From contig CAYPIR010000001.1 in the NCBI GenBank assembly GCA_964410905.1, positions 21,861-85,860 on the forward strand: DNA of 64,000 nt. The letters run 5' to 3'. Made by a program: the position numbers and the translations under genes. Below are positions 30,427 through 39,988 of this stretch, piece by piece. Below the pieces are notes generated by a model. The model saw only the letters and a list, made by a program, of their open reading frames with translations. It searched no databases and was not told the DNA's origin. Position 1 is the first letter of the stretch, and each line of letters begins with the position of its first letter. This DNA is from an uncultured bacterium. Lineage in GTDB: Bacteria > Omnitrophota > Omnitrophia > Omnitrophales > Aquincolibacteriaceae.

Positions 30427-31334
30427 AATATCCTCTCAATCACGCGCAACTTCGCGCTTCTTGATCTAGGGTTGCTTAATATTTCCGTTCGTTCCGCGAC
30501 AATAGGTTTCTTGAAAACAAGCCGTCCCTTTCCCTGCGCGTTCCATTCTTTAAATTTATTTTTTACAATTCTGTCCTCAAGAGAATGAAACGTAATAATT
30601 CCAAGCCGTCCATGTGGCAAAAGCAAATCAAACGCTCCCGCCATTCCTTCTTTCAGCGCTTCCAATTCGTCGTTTACAGCGATACGAATTGCCTGAAAAA
30701 CTTTTGTGAATGGATTCCGTCTCGCCCACGCGGGACGTTTTCCTTTTTCAAATCTAAGGTGTTCCGGCAACGCCTCTTGTAAAATCTCATTTAAATCCGA
30801 AACCGTATTAAAACTTTTGCCATTTCGTCTGGCTTCGACTATCACATGAGCAAATCTTCGTGAGTGGCGCTCCTCACCGTAATAATAAAAAAGGTCGGCA
30901 AGCTCAGTTTCTGTCATGCTTTCAAGAATTTCAGACGCTCTTGAACCTTTTTCCGTGTCCATCCGCATATCCAACAAACCGTTTGAATCAAAGCTAAACC
31001 CACGATTTTCATCAGCCAATTGTTCTGAAGAAATCCCAATGTCAAGAAGCACCGCGTCAAAACCCGCTATTTGAAAATTCTGAAAAACTTCTCCGACATT
31101 CCTGAAGTTTTCGTGAACAAGTCTGACGCGTGAGTCATTCGCGAAAAGTGGTTTGCATCTTTCTATCGCGGCAGAATCTTGGTCAAAGGAAAATAATTTT
31201 CCGTTCTCGCCTATTTGCGAAAGCATAGCCTCCGAATGTCCGCCGCTACCAAGCGTTCCGTCCATCACAATCGCGCCCGGTCGAATACTCAATGCCGCAA
31301 GAACTTCTTTTAAAAGAACAGGATTATGCCGCAA
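30423..31334 (-). CDS. rsmH: 16S rRNA (cytosine1402-N4)-methyltransferase.
   Basis: MraW family with a SAM-binding motif (DGTLGSGGHS). Confidence 0.9.
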   Translation of the reverse strand: MRHNPVLLKEVLAALSIRPGAIVMDGTLGSGGHSEAMLSQIGENGKLFSFDQDSAAIERCKPLFANDSRVRLVHENFRNVGEVFQNFQIAGFDAVLLDIGISSEQLADENRGFSFDSNGLLDMRMDTEKGSRASEILESMTETELADLFYYYGEERHSRRFAHVIVEARRNGKSFNTVSDLNEILQEALPEHLRFEKGKRPAWARRNPFTKVFQAIRIAVNDELEALKEGMAGAFDLLLPHGRLGIITFHSLEDRIVKNKFKEWNAQGKGRLVFKKPIVAERTEILSNPRSRSAKLRVIERIL

Positions 31335-31659
31335 AGCTGGAAATCGCTTCTTCTTTCGTTGAATAACTTTCCATCAGACCGTTTACTCCAATCATTCGAA
31401 AAGCCTTTTCAACCTCAGGCCGAAGATTGCAAAGTTTGATGTCTCCTTTTTGTTCACGGACGCGGCGAAGACGTTCGACAAGAATTCCAACTCCGGCAAG
31501 CTCCACTCTTCTCGCTTCCTGCAAATCAAGCAAAAGACATTTGTGGTTTTTGTTGAGAAGCCTATTCATACGGTCCTTCATCTTGATCATGCTAAAAGCG
31601 TCCAGGTCTCCGTTAAATTTAAGGACATCTACATTCCGTTTTGTTTTTGAATAAAGCAT
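31324..31659 (-). CDS. STAS-domain protein (anti-sigma-factor antagonist-like), inserted between mraZ and rsmH.
   Basis: STAS pattern LLLDLQEARRVELAGVGILV. Ala sits where the phosphorylatable Ser of SpoIIAA (DSSGLG) would be. Confidence 0.7.
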   Translation of the reverse strand: MLYSKTKRNVDVLKFNGDLDAFSMIKMKDRMNRLLNKNHKCLLLDLQEARRVELAGVGILVERLRRVREQKGDIKLCNLRPEVEKAFRMIGVNGLMESYSTKEEAISSFAA

Positions 31660-31677
31660 ATCAAGCTCTCCTTTGTA

Positions 31678-32115
31678 TTATTTAAAAGCAAGTTTTTCCG
31701 CAAGTTCTTCAAATTTTTGTTCATTAGCATTAAAAAAGTTTTGCCATTTCTCTTTCGCCCAAATTTCTATGCGGTTTGAAACTCCGACAAAAACAACATC
31801 GGATTTAATTTCCACGCGAGTTTTTAATTTTTCTGGAATCAAGATTCTTCCCTGTTTATCGCAATCGACTTCGTAGGCGCTGCCAAAAAAACGGCGGTTA
31901 AACGCGCGCGCTTCGACAGATGTAAAAGACAAATCACGAAATTTTTTCTCTTCAGCTTTCCATTGCTCTTCGGTGAAAACAAACAAGCACTTGTCCAACC
32001 CTTCCGTAATAAAAAATCTCTCGACAAAACGGTCTTTAAAAATTTCACGGAATTTAGACGGAATCATCACACGATTTTTTACGTCAACCACGTGTTCAAA
32101 TTCACCGTAAAACAT
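31678..32115 (-). CDS. mraZ: Transcriptional regulator MraZ. The start is set at MFYGEFEHV, which has an AAGGAG Shine-Dalgarno sequence.
   Basis: Two MraZ (SpoVT/AbrB-like) repeats. It lies upstream of rsmH. Confidence 0.9.
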   Translation of the reverse strand: MFYGEFEHVVDVKNRVMIPSKFREIFKDRFVERFFITEGLDKCLFVFTEEQWKAEEKKFRDLSFTSVEARAFNRRFFGSAYEVDCDKQGRILIPEKLKTRVEIKSDVVFVGVSNRIEIWAKEKWQNFFNANEQKFEELAEKLAFK

Positions 32116-32140
32116 TTTCTTGAGCTCTCCTTTATATCCA

Positions 32141-32171
32141 CCACTTATTACCACTTATTACCACTTTATTA
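32141..32171 (-). promoter_or_regulatory. Three tandem 10-bp direct repeats (TAATAAGTGG on the mraZ strand), about 26 to 56 nt upstream of the mraZ start. This is a putative MraZ operator.
   Basis: Read directly from the sequence: ccacttatta ccacttatta ccactttatta. MraZ is known to bind series of GTGG-containing direct repeats with 10-bp periodicity in its own promoter. Confidence 0.65.
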
Positions 32172-32331
32172 ACGGCGGAAGTATATTCATTCTTAAATGG
32201 CGTGTCAAAACATTTTTTTTAGGGATTTTAAAAACAAGGAGGCTTTTTAGAGACAGAGTACGGGAAGGTGAAAACACGCAAAAAATCTTGTGGGGCAAAA
32301 CTAGGAAAAACGACTTAGGGAAGGAAAAACT

Positions 32332-33048
32332 TTAATCTTCGATATAAAGAATTCTAGAACAGTTTTCACAAACAGTAATTTCCACGCCAATTTTTATTTC
32401 GTTAATTAGTTGAGGGCGGAGTTGCAGCTGGCAAGCCAAACAAACACCATTCACTACGCGTGCGAGCGCTCGCCCTTCTTTTTTTTCCGCAATCCTGTTG
32501 TAGAGGTCTTTAATTTCTGGAGGAAGAACATCAACCGTCGAGCTGCGTTTATTCAAGGCATCTTCAAGTTGAGTTTGAATGTTTTTTTCTTGATTATTAA
32601 GTTCAACGTCTTTTTGTTGATATTCTTTTTCTATAGCTGTGAAATTTTCTTTTTCTTTTTTCACATCCTCTTTAATAGCTTCAACTTCATCTAAAATCTG
32701 GATAATTCCCTCTTCCAAAATCGAGTTGTCTGCTTTAAGCGACGCGATTTCTTGTTGAAGCGCGGAATACTCTTTGTTGGTTCTCACTTGCGAAAGCTGC
32801 CCATCAAGTTTTTTAATTTGATTTTCTTTTTGGGAAAGTTCAAGTTCTTTTTCTTTAAGTTTTACCTGAATGTCTTTGGCTGCTTTTTCAATTTCGCGAA
32901 GATGGTTTTTTTTTGATTCTAACTCGTCCTTGAGTTGTTTCTTTAAATATGGCATTTCCTCAAGCTGTAAACGCGACTGATGTATTAGGACATCAAGTTG
33001 TTGGGCTTTTTTGAGGACATCGAGGTTTTGAGAAATTTGGCTAGACAT
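32332..33048 (-). CDS. Zinc-ribbon-domain protein (COG1579 family) with a coiled-coil.
   Basis: Long coiled-coil followed by CLACQLQL…CENC. Confidence 0.7.
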   Translation of the reverse strand: MSSQISQNLDVLKKAQQLDVLIHQSRLQLEEMPYLKKQLKDELESKKNHLREIEKAAKDIQVKLKEKELELSQKENQIKKLDGQLSQVRTNKEYSALQQEIASLKADNSILEEGIIQILDEVEAIKEDVKKEKENFTAIEKEYQQKDVELNNQEKNIQTQLEDALNKRSSTVDVLPPEIKDLYNRIAEKKEGRALARVVNGVCLACQLQLRPQLINEIKIGVEITVCENCSRILYIED

Positions 33049-33131
33049 AATTGCCGATGATTATATGAGAATCATCTCATCGCTTCAAGAATTAAAGACG
33101 TTTTTTTAACGTGGGATTTTTTATGAGATAA

Positions 33132-33535
33132 AAAAGGAAGGTCTTCTCTATAAGCCGGGTTCTGTTCTTTTATCTCGCGATAAAAGAGACGACCATCTAT
33201 CTAGGACAGTTGTTGCCAATTGTCTCGGTCGGCTTACCCAATAAAGTTAAGAGATTGCTCTCTTTGTAGAAGTGGACGCTTCCGCCAATTTGGCTCTTTA
33301 TCCTGTTTAGCCTTTCTTCACGTAGAGATTGCCGCGTTTCACCCTCTAAGACTTTCGTCCTAAAGACTCGTCTCTGTGGCTCTAATCCGTTCTGAAAATA
33401 TCTTGCGATAAATCCAGAAGATGGGCGTTACCCATTACGATGTCCTATGAAGCCCGGACTTTCCTCCCACAACGGTTTGATGAGACGTTTCTCACCCTTT
33501 CGCTTGTGCGCGATCGTCCGAAAAGACCTTCCCGA
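33132..33535 (-). ncRNA. rnpB: RNase P RNA (bacterial type A).
   Basis: Minus strand contains GGGAGGAAAGUCCGGGCUUCAUAGG (P4 5' strand and CR-I). Near the 3' end ACAGAACCCGGCUUAU matches the P4 3' strand, as in E. coli M1 RNA. P1 pairing is GGAAGGUCUU/AAGACCUUCC. A U-run follows the 3' end. Confidence 0.9.
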
Positions 33536-33558
33536 AATTTTCAAAGAATACTAAAAAA

Positions 33559-33632
33559 TGGACCCACCTGGACTCGAACCAGGAACCAAAGGATTATGAG
33601 TCCTCTGCTCTAACCGATTGAGCTATGGGTCC
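33559..33632 (-). tRNA. tRNA with CAU anticodon (elongator Met or Ile2-lysidine type). No CCA is encoded.
   Basis: Reverse complement GGACCCATAGCTCAATCGGTTAGAGCAGAGGACTCATAATCCTTTGGTTCCTGGTTCGAGTCCAGGTGGGTCCA. Cloverleaf: acceptor GGACCCA/TGGGTCC, anticodon loop CTCATAA, T-loop TTCGAGT. Confidence 0.85.
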
Positions 33633-33776
33633 CCAAAACAAGGACGCGTAGCATAACCAAGAAATAAAAAAAAAACAAGCCGTCAAAATTACAAAAATTA
33701 ATAATTTTACAGACAAATTGGGAAGAATAAAAAAAACCTATAACGCGGCAAATACTTTAAGCGAAAGGAATATCCA

Positions 33777-34178
33777 TTATTTAGATAAAAGCTCCTCTAT
33801 TTTTTTTTGAAGATTGGTTAAATCAAATGGCTTTTCAATGTAAGCACTAATTCCTTCTTGATCAAAAAGAGACTGCATCTGACTGCCAGCGCCAGTAAGC
33901 ATCATGACACGAGTTTTGCGTATGCGTTCCTGCTCCGCCATATCCTCGTGCCTATAGCCTCGAAGATTCCTAAGATATGTTAGCCCGTCATCGCCGCCAG
34001 AAATACGCACATCCAGCAAAACGCAATCGGGTTTTTCTTCTACGGTTTTCAGTAGACCTTCTCCGCCATCATGCGCAACAATGACCTCATAGCCAAGACG
34101 CGTGAATTTTTCTTTAATTATTTGACAGATGTCATCTTCATCATCAACTACAAGAATGCGTTTTTGATTTTCGCTCAT
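33777..34178 (-). CDS. Stand-alone response-regulator receiver domain (CheY-like).
   Basis: VLVVDDEDD…D…K pattern with conserved Asp. There is an insertion of about 30 aa. Confidence 0.8.
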   Translation of the reverse strand: MSENQKRILVVDDEDDICQIIKEKFTRLGYEVIVAHDGGEGLLKTVEEKPDCVLLDVRISGGDDGLTYLRNLRGYRHEDMAEQERIRKTRVMMLTGAGSQMQSLFDQEGISAYIEKPFDLTNLQKKIEELLSK

Positions 34179-34235
34179 GTATTTCTCCACTTAATAAAAC
34201 TGTTGATTTATTTATACGCCGCGAAGTTCCGCCAT

Positions 34236-35756
34236 CTATTTGCAAATTTGCGCGGTACTATTCCAGCTTTTCCCGGTCGGACATTTTAGATAAGGAAAAT
34301 TTCCGGAAACAGGCATCCAAGCTCCATAGGGATTAGTCGTTGCATAAAACCACCCGCCAGTTGCAGGGTATTTGTAAACAGCTCCTCCTCTATTTGTGCC
34401 TGTCACGCCCGTGCCATAAAAATCGCTTATAGCAGTTGCTTTCCCTGTGGAATCCGAAACACCGCCAATGGTATTTGTTGGCGCAAGCCCTGAGGCAAAC
34501 CACCAAGAGTTAGGAATTGAAGATGTCCCGCTTTTTATTGCTCCAATCAGCCCTCCTGTTGCCAGAAAACTCAAACCGTTTCCCGTACTAAAATTTGCTA
34601 CTGAAAATGAATCTTCAATGATAATTGTCCCAGCAACACTCCCTATAAGCCCTCCGGCTGTTATTTGTGCACCAGAGGTTGTATAGCCCAACCCTGGGGG
34701 AGTCCCTTCAGTAATCAAGTTCCCTTGAAAGTAGGAACTAGAAATCCTCACGTCTCTTCCATATCCCACTAACCCGCCTGCGCTGTTTTTGTTATCGCCC
34801 AACTCTGGATTTCTGGCCGAAATTGTGCCTTTAAAATAAGAATTTTCAATAGTGCAATTTCCAATTATCCCGCCAGGCCACTCCCCACAACACCAACTCG
34901 ATTCACATTGTCCAATGAGACCGCCTACCGCGCCGCGATCGGCAAATAAACTCCCTGTAGCGGAACAATTAATAATTTGTATATTTCGCCCAACACCGAC
35001 AAAGCTTCCTACTCGAATATTTTGACTAACAGCAAGATTGCGAAGATGCAAATTCCTTATAACAGCACCATCCGCTTGTGAGAAAAGTCCGTAGCCGCCG
35101 TAATTCCCCGGCGGGATAACCGCATAAACATTGCTGACCGTATGTCCGCCGCCGTCAATAGTACCTGATATAGGAGTCGTCTGTCCCAGCGGGGACCATC
35201 CTTCAGCCAAACTCGGTCCACTATCGTCGCTAGTACCGGGAACTCCATCATAACCCACCCCTTCAAAAAATTGGTTATAACCTTTTCCCCAAAGACTTCC
35301 CCCGAATCCAGCATTACTCGGGTTAGTAGACGAACAATCAAGATCTTGGGTTAAAAGATATGTTTTCCCTGTCGCTGGGAATGCATTTATAAGCCCGATC
35401 AGTTGAAATTCTTCACAGCTGCTTAACAAAATTTCATTCCCCTCTCCTGTCCTCGCCGCCGCTCTAAGGACTGTAGCTCCTGTGCTAGGATTGCGATAAG
35501 CAAAGTGAAGTTTTGTCGCCAAAGGATGGTCAAGATCGACATGAGTAATACCCCAAATTCCGGTTGAAGTTCTTACGCGAAGCGGAGAATTGGTCAATTT
35601 CAAGCTTTCGCAGTTGAGCCCAACTATTTTATCGCCATCGTAGTAGCGCAGCCCGCAATCTGTAGCATATGCATGAGGGAAAGAGACAAAGAAAAGGGAA
35701 AGAAAAAAGAAGACTGCGAAAAGAAATTTGAGGCTATATTTTTGATCTCCCGACAT
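34236..35756 (-). CDS. Secreted protein with multiple GLUG-motif repeats.
   Basis: Signal peptide (KFLFAVFFFLSLFFVSFPHAYA). Recurring GGLIG/GGLVG (GLUG motif). Gly/Ser/Thr-rich. Confidence 0.65.
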   Translation of the reverse strand: MSGDQKYSLKFLFAVFFFLSLFFVSFPHAYATDCGLRYYDGDKIVGLNCESLKLTNSPLRVRTSTGIWGITHVDLDHPLATKLHFAYRNPSTGATVLRAAARTGEGNEILLSSCEEFQLIGLINAFPATGKTYLLTQDLDCSSTNPSNAGFGGSLWGKGYNQFFEGVGYDGVPGTSDDSGPSLAEGWSPLGQTTPISGTIDGGGHTVSNVYAVIPPGNYGGYGLFSQADGAVIRNLHLRNLAVSQNIRVGSFVGVGRNIQIINCSATGSLFADRGAVGGLIGQCESSWCCGEWPGGIIGNCTIENSYFKGTISARNPELGDNKNSAGGLVGYGRDVRISSSYFQGNLITEGTPPGLGYTTSGAQITAGGLIGSVAGTIIIEDSFSVANFSTGNGLSFLATGGLIGAIKSGTSSIPNSWWFASGLAPTNTIGGVSDSTGKATAISDFYGTGVTGTNRGGAVYKYPATGGWFYATTNPYGAWMPVSGNFPYLKCPTGKSWNSTAQICK

Positions 35757-35862
35757 GATAGCTTCCTCAGAATATGTTTTTTAGAACGACACACTCGCAA
35801 AAAATCTCGCCGACGCGCCAACTTACAAATTCACTTGAACAGTCTGTAAGAGTATCGGAATT

Positions 35863-37530
35863 TTATTCGCTTAGCTTAATATCCAAAAAATTTTTAAGTT
35901 TACGAGACCTCGTTGGATGACGCAATTTGCGAAGTGCTTTGGCTTCAATTTGACGGACACGTTCACGAGTAACTTTAAAAATATGTCCAACCTCTTCAAG
36001 CGTTCTTGGGTATCCATCGCCGATACCAAAACGAAGACGCAACACTTTTTCCTCACGTTCTGTCAAAGTCAAAAGAACATCGTCCATCTGTTCTTTGAGC
36101 ATACTGTAGGCAGTTGCGTTAGCGGGAGACACGGCTGTTTTATCTTCAATGAAATCACCAAAACTTGTATCGCCTTCATCGCCTATCGGCATTTGTAAAC
36201 TGACAGGCTCTTGTGCAATTTTTAAGATGCCTTTTACTTTATCCACAGGCATCTTTAAAAGTTGAGCAACTTCTTCTGGGGTCGGTTCACGCCCTGTTTC
36301 TTGCACTAAATGGCGGGAGGCGCGGAAAAACTTATTAATAGTTTCAATCATATGCACAGGAATGCGAATCGTCCGCGCTTGATCGGCAATAGAACGCGTA
36401 ATCGCCTGACGAATCCACCACGTAGCGTAGGTAGAAAATTTGTATCCGCGTTTGTATTCAAATTTATCAACCGCTTTCATTAACCCAATGTTCCCTTCTT
36501 GAATTAAATCAAGAAATGACAAACCGCGGTTGGTGTATTTTTTCGCGATGCTGACAACAAGACGAAGGTTTGCCGCAACAAGCGCTTTTTTAGCGTTTGA
36601 GAGTTCCCACTCTTTGCGGATAATTGGACGAAATTGTTCCAAAAGTTTTTTTTCATCGCCACCAAGTTCTCGCAAAAGTTTTTTACTGCGTTTTTCCAGC
36701 TGTATTTTTTGCGGTTGCAGCGCGACGCTCCGCATTTTTTTTGCTTCATCGTGATTTCTTTTTAACTCTTTTAATTTAGCACGGACATTGGCAACAATCT
36801 GTTCGACAATGGCAATGCTTAAATTAAACCGCATCAAAACGTCAACCGCGACCGTGGCTTTACGCGCTTTTTTAAGCTCGCCTATAAGTTTTTTAAGATT
36901 TCTTTTTATGGTGTCAAGATGCGCTCTCTCTTCACTTTCTATAATTGCTTCAAGCTGGACTTGCCCATTCAAAATTTTCTCGGAAAGTTCCAATACTTCA
37001 AATCGCGCCGCTTGAGTTTCGTAAACCACTTTTTTAAGTTCCGATTCGCAAAACTCTATGCGCTTTGAAATCTCAATCTCTTGCTCACGCGTAAGAAGAG
37101 AAATTTGTCCCATTTGACGAAGATATGTTCTAACGGGGTCATCAATACGCGCCTTTTCTTCTTCCGCCGCGGAGTCATCTTCCATTTCAGTGGACTTAAC
37201 GTTTTTTTTATCAGCGCCTTGCGAAGCATCCATAGGCTTTATGGCCTCATTAGAAACAACTATTCCCTTTTCGCTCAACGCAATAATTATCTCTTCAACC
37301 TTTTCCGGATTATTCCATTCCGTCGGTAATTCCTTTTTCATTTGGTCGATTGTTACAGAACCATTTTGGGTTCCAAACGCAATCAGCTTTTCGAGAACGC
37401 CTGAAGGAAGTTTTGATATGTTTTTTTTGCTGCCGGCAGATTTTTTAGTAGCAGGTTTTTTCTTCTTGGAAGAAACGGACATTTTTTTCATAGCGGTTTT
37501 TTTTGGAGATTTTTTAGCGGATTTTTTCAT
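35863..37530 (-). CDS. rpoD: RNA polymerase sigma-70 factor, with a lysine-rich N-terminal tail.
   Basis: Regions 2 to 4 are present ([19 protein letters not shown]…[14 protein letters not shown]…). It lies downstream of dnaG. Confidence 0.95.
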   Translation of the reverse strand: MKKSAKKSPKKTAMKKMSVSSKKKKPATKKSAGSKKNISKLPSGVLEKLIAFGTQNGSVTIDQMKKELPTEWNNPEKVEEIIIALSEKGIVVSNEAIKPMDASQGADKKNVKSTEMEDDSAAEEEKARIDDPVRTYLRQMGQISLLTREQEIEISKRIEFCESELKKVVYETQAARFEVLELSEKILNGQVQLEAIIESEERAHLDTIKRNLKKLIGELKKARKATVAVDVLMRFNLSIAIVEQIVANVRAKLKELKRNHDEAKKMRSVALQPQKIQLEKRSKKLLRELGGDEKKLLEQFRPIIRKEWELSNAKKALVAANLRLVVSIAKKYTNRGLSFLDLIQEGNIGLMKAVDKFEYKRGYKFSTYATWWIRQAITRSIADQARTIRIPVHMIETINKFFRASRHLVQETGREPTPEEVAQLLKMPVDKVKGILKIAQEPVSLQMPIGDEGDTSFGDFIEDKTAVSPANATAYSMLKEQMDDVLLTLTEREEKVLRLRFGIGDGYPRTLEEVGHIFKVTRERVRQIEAKALRKLRHPTRSRKLKNFLDIKLSE

Positions 37531-37559
37531 AGAATTTTGAATTGTATATTTTTTCGTTA

Positions 37560-39386
37560 TTAAAATCTATTGTTTTCTGCAACCTTTTTTAAAGTTTTTA
37601 GTTTAAGCATTCTTTCATTATATTCCTTCATCAACTCGTGACTTTTCTCTTTATCTCCCGAAGATTCCGCCTGAGCGATTTTGGCGGAATATTCTTTTAT
37701 TTCTTTTTCTAGCGCCGAACGCTGGATAGCTTTGACGCAATCCATAAACGCGGTTTCTCTATCCGTAAACTCATCTACAGTGAGGGACGTTTCCATAAAT
37801 CCTTTTCGATAAGACTCGTCGGAAATTTTTTCACTAACTTCAAGAACCGAGCTCTTCCCTCCGCGCAAATTAGTCTGCGTTAAATAATCAAATATATTTT
37901 GAGAATCGAGATTTTGCAAATCTTCCCGCTTTATTTCCTTTGAAGCAGTATCGCAAAATGGAGGAACCTCTGTCATAAGTAGAAGCAATAACCATTCCCG
38001 TTTAAGCGCTGGAGTTTTAGGGGCGACTTTTATTAAAGTTTTAGGCGCTTCTTGAAAATCTTTCTGAGAAGAATTCGCGGCAAACACTCTAAATTCCTTT
38101 TTCAAAACCGCTTCGTCTATCTTCAATGCGGTTGATAGACGCTTAATGTATTCGGACAATCTGACCGCGTCTTTTACTTTCCTCAAAGTATCTATCATTT
38201 CGCGCGTGATTTTAGAAACACCTAACGCGTCTTTTTGCGGAAAACGCTTAAGAAGCGATACTAGTTTGTAATCAAAAAAATCTTTAGCTGTTTTGAGTTC
38301 GCGCGCGAACACGTCATTTCCATATTTATTTAAAAAATCATCCGGATCTAATCCGTCCGGCAAATGCACAAGTTTTACCTGCATGCCGCCTTCTAGCAAT
38401 ATTTCAAGCCCGCGCAAAGACGCCGATTCACCCGCTTTATCGCCGTCGTAAACTACTATTACTTCTTCCACAAACCGTCGCATAATTCTGACATGGTCTT
38501 CACCAAGCGCCGTGCCGAGAGTCGCCACGGTATTTTTAAATCCGTGCTGGTAAAGCGCCAGAAAATCCATATAGCCTTCCACCAAAATCAGATTTGGCCA
38601 TTCACGCGATATGTGTTTTTTTGCTTGATAAAGTCCAAACAATTCACGGCGTTTTGAAAAAATCGCGGTCTCGGGAGAGTTTAGATATTTAGGCCCCGGC
38701 TCATCTCCCATAACGCGGCCGCCAAAGGCTATGACTTTCCCTGATAAATTTTGTATAGGGAAAACAAGTCGCCCATGAAATGTATCATAAAGATTTCCCT
38801 TCGCCGATTTTTGAACAAGCGCTGCTTTTTGCAAAGTTTCCATAGAATAGCCGCGCACCGTCATCGCGTTCACCAGCGCTCCCCATTCTTGAGTCGCCCA
38901 GCCCAAACGAAATTCTTTTATAATTTCATTCGAAATTTTACGTTTCGCGAGATAATCCCGCGCCACGATGCCCGATGGTTTCAAAAGTAAATCGTGATAA
39001 AAATTCGCGGCTTCTTCGCAAGCGTCATAAAGCGGTTCTTTTACGGCATCTTCTTTTTTTGTGAATTTTCTTTCCGGCAAGGTTATATGCGCTCGTTCGG
39101 CAAGCATTTTCAAACTTTCGGGAAAAGTCATATTTTCGTGCCGCATTAAAAATGTAAAAACGCTTCCGCCCGCTCCGCAGCCAAAACAATAAAACATTTG
39201 TTTTTCGCGACTTACAAAAAAAGACGGTGTTTTTTCTTGATGGAAGGGGCAGCAAGCTTTGAACTCGCGTCCTGAATGTTTCAGTGTTATGTATTGCGAA
39301 AGGACCTCGACAATATCATTTGCCGCGCGAACATCTTCTATTATTTGGTCATCGTGAGAAGCGTTTTCAAAATGACTTTGCGCCAT
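37560..39386 (-). CDS. dnaG: DNA primase.
   Basis: CHC2 zinc finger [11 protein letters not shown]…CFGCG, a TOPRIM domain, and the dnaG-rpoD arrangement. Confidence 0.95.
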   Translation of the reverse strand: MAQSHFENASHDDQIIEDVRAANDIVEVLSQYITLKHSGREFKACCPFHQEKTPSFFVSREKQMFYCFGCGAGGSVFTFLMRHENMTFPESLKMLAERAHITLPERKFTKKEDAVKEPLYDACEEAANFYHDLLLKPSGIVARDYLAKRKISNEIIKEFRLGWATQEWGALVNAMTVRGYSMETLQKAALVQKSAKGNLYDTFHGRLVFPIQNLSGKVIAFGGRVMGDEPGPKYLNSPETAIFSKRRELFGLYQAKKHISREWPNLILVEGYMDFLALYQHGFKNTVATLGTALGEDHVRIMRRFVEEVIVVYDGDKAGESASLRGLEILLEGGMQVKLVHLPDGLDPDDFLNKYGNDVFARELKTAKDFFDYKLVSLLKRFPQKDALGVSKITREMIDTLRKVKDAVRLSEYIKRLSTALKIDEAVLKKEFRVFAANSSQKDFQEAPKTLIKVAPKTPALKREWLLLLLMTEVPPFCDTASKEIKREDLQNLDSQNIFDYLTQTNLRGGKSSVLEVSEKISDESYRKGFMETSLTVDEFTDRETAFMDCVKAIQRSALEKEIKEYSAKIAQAESSGDKEKSHELMKEYNERMLKLKTLKKVAENNRF

Positions 39387-39392
39387 AAATAT

Positions 39393-39986
39393 TTACGCGC
39401 TCTTTTTGGGAATAATACCCAATGTCGACTTTGGAGAAAATGGCGATACAATCGCGTCGCGAATATCGGGAAGCAGCGTTGAAACCGTATAACCTGTGTA
39501 TGTTTTTCCGGGTTTGAATGTGTCTTTGATCGCGCTTAGCGGAAAAAGCAAAACAAATTGTATGATGAAACTCATGAGTATAAGTGAATGCGCCACTCCC
39601 AAAATTAGTCCGCCTAAAATTTTCAAAAGACCCTGCCCTTCAATATGAAAAAACTTTCCCAAAAATTTACTCAACCATGAAAGTACAATCCAAATAATCG
39701 CCGCATAGATGAAAAACGCTATAGGATTTGAGACTTTCTCATTAAGAATGAAAATGTTTCGTGTAATAATTTTAGACAGCAGCGGGTAAATTGAAAGACA
39801 TGAAACACCCACAACAAGAAGCACGATAAGACGAGAAAACATATCCCCGAAACCAAGTTTGCTCCCGCGAGCAACTCCCCAAATAACAAATACAAAAAAT
39901 ACCCAATCAATTGGCGTAAAACTTTGCAAAGTAGAAACAAACGCGCCTCGACGGGCACTTTCAATGAAATTATAAAACCATTCCAT
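39393..39986 (-). CDS. cvpA: CvpA-family membrane protein.
   Basis: Four-TM CvpA pattern. Confidence 0.7.
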   Translation of the reverse strand: MEWFYNFIESARRGAFVSTLQSFTPIDWVFFVFVIWGVARGSKLGFGDMFSRLIVLLVVGVSCLSIYPLLSKIITRNIFILNEKVSNPIAFFIYAAIIWIVLSWLSKFLGKFFHIEGQGLLKILGGLILGVAHSLILMSFIIQFVLLFPLSAIKDTFKPGKTYTGYTVSTLLPDIRDAIVSPFSPKSTLGIIPKKSA

Positions 39987-39988
39987 AT

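Noticed and set aside
35757-35862. A possible rpoD terminator hairpin in the GC-rich segment ctcgccgacgcgcc.
   Set aside because: A stable stem followed by a U-tract could not be drawn convincingly, so it was left uncalled.
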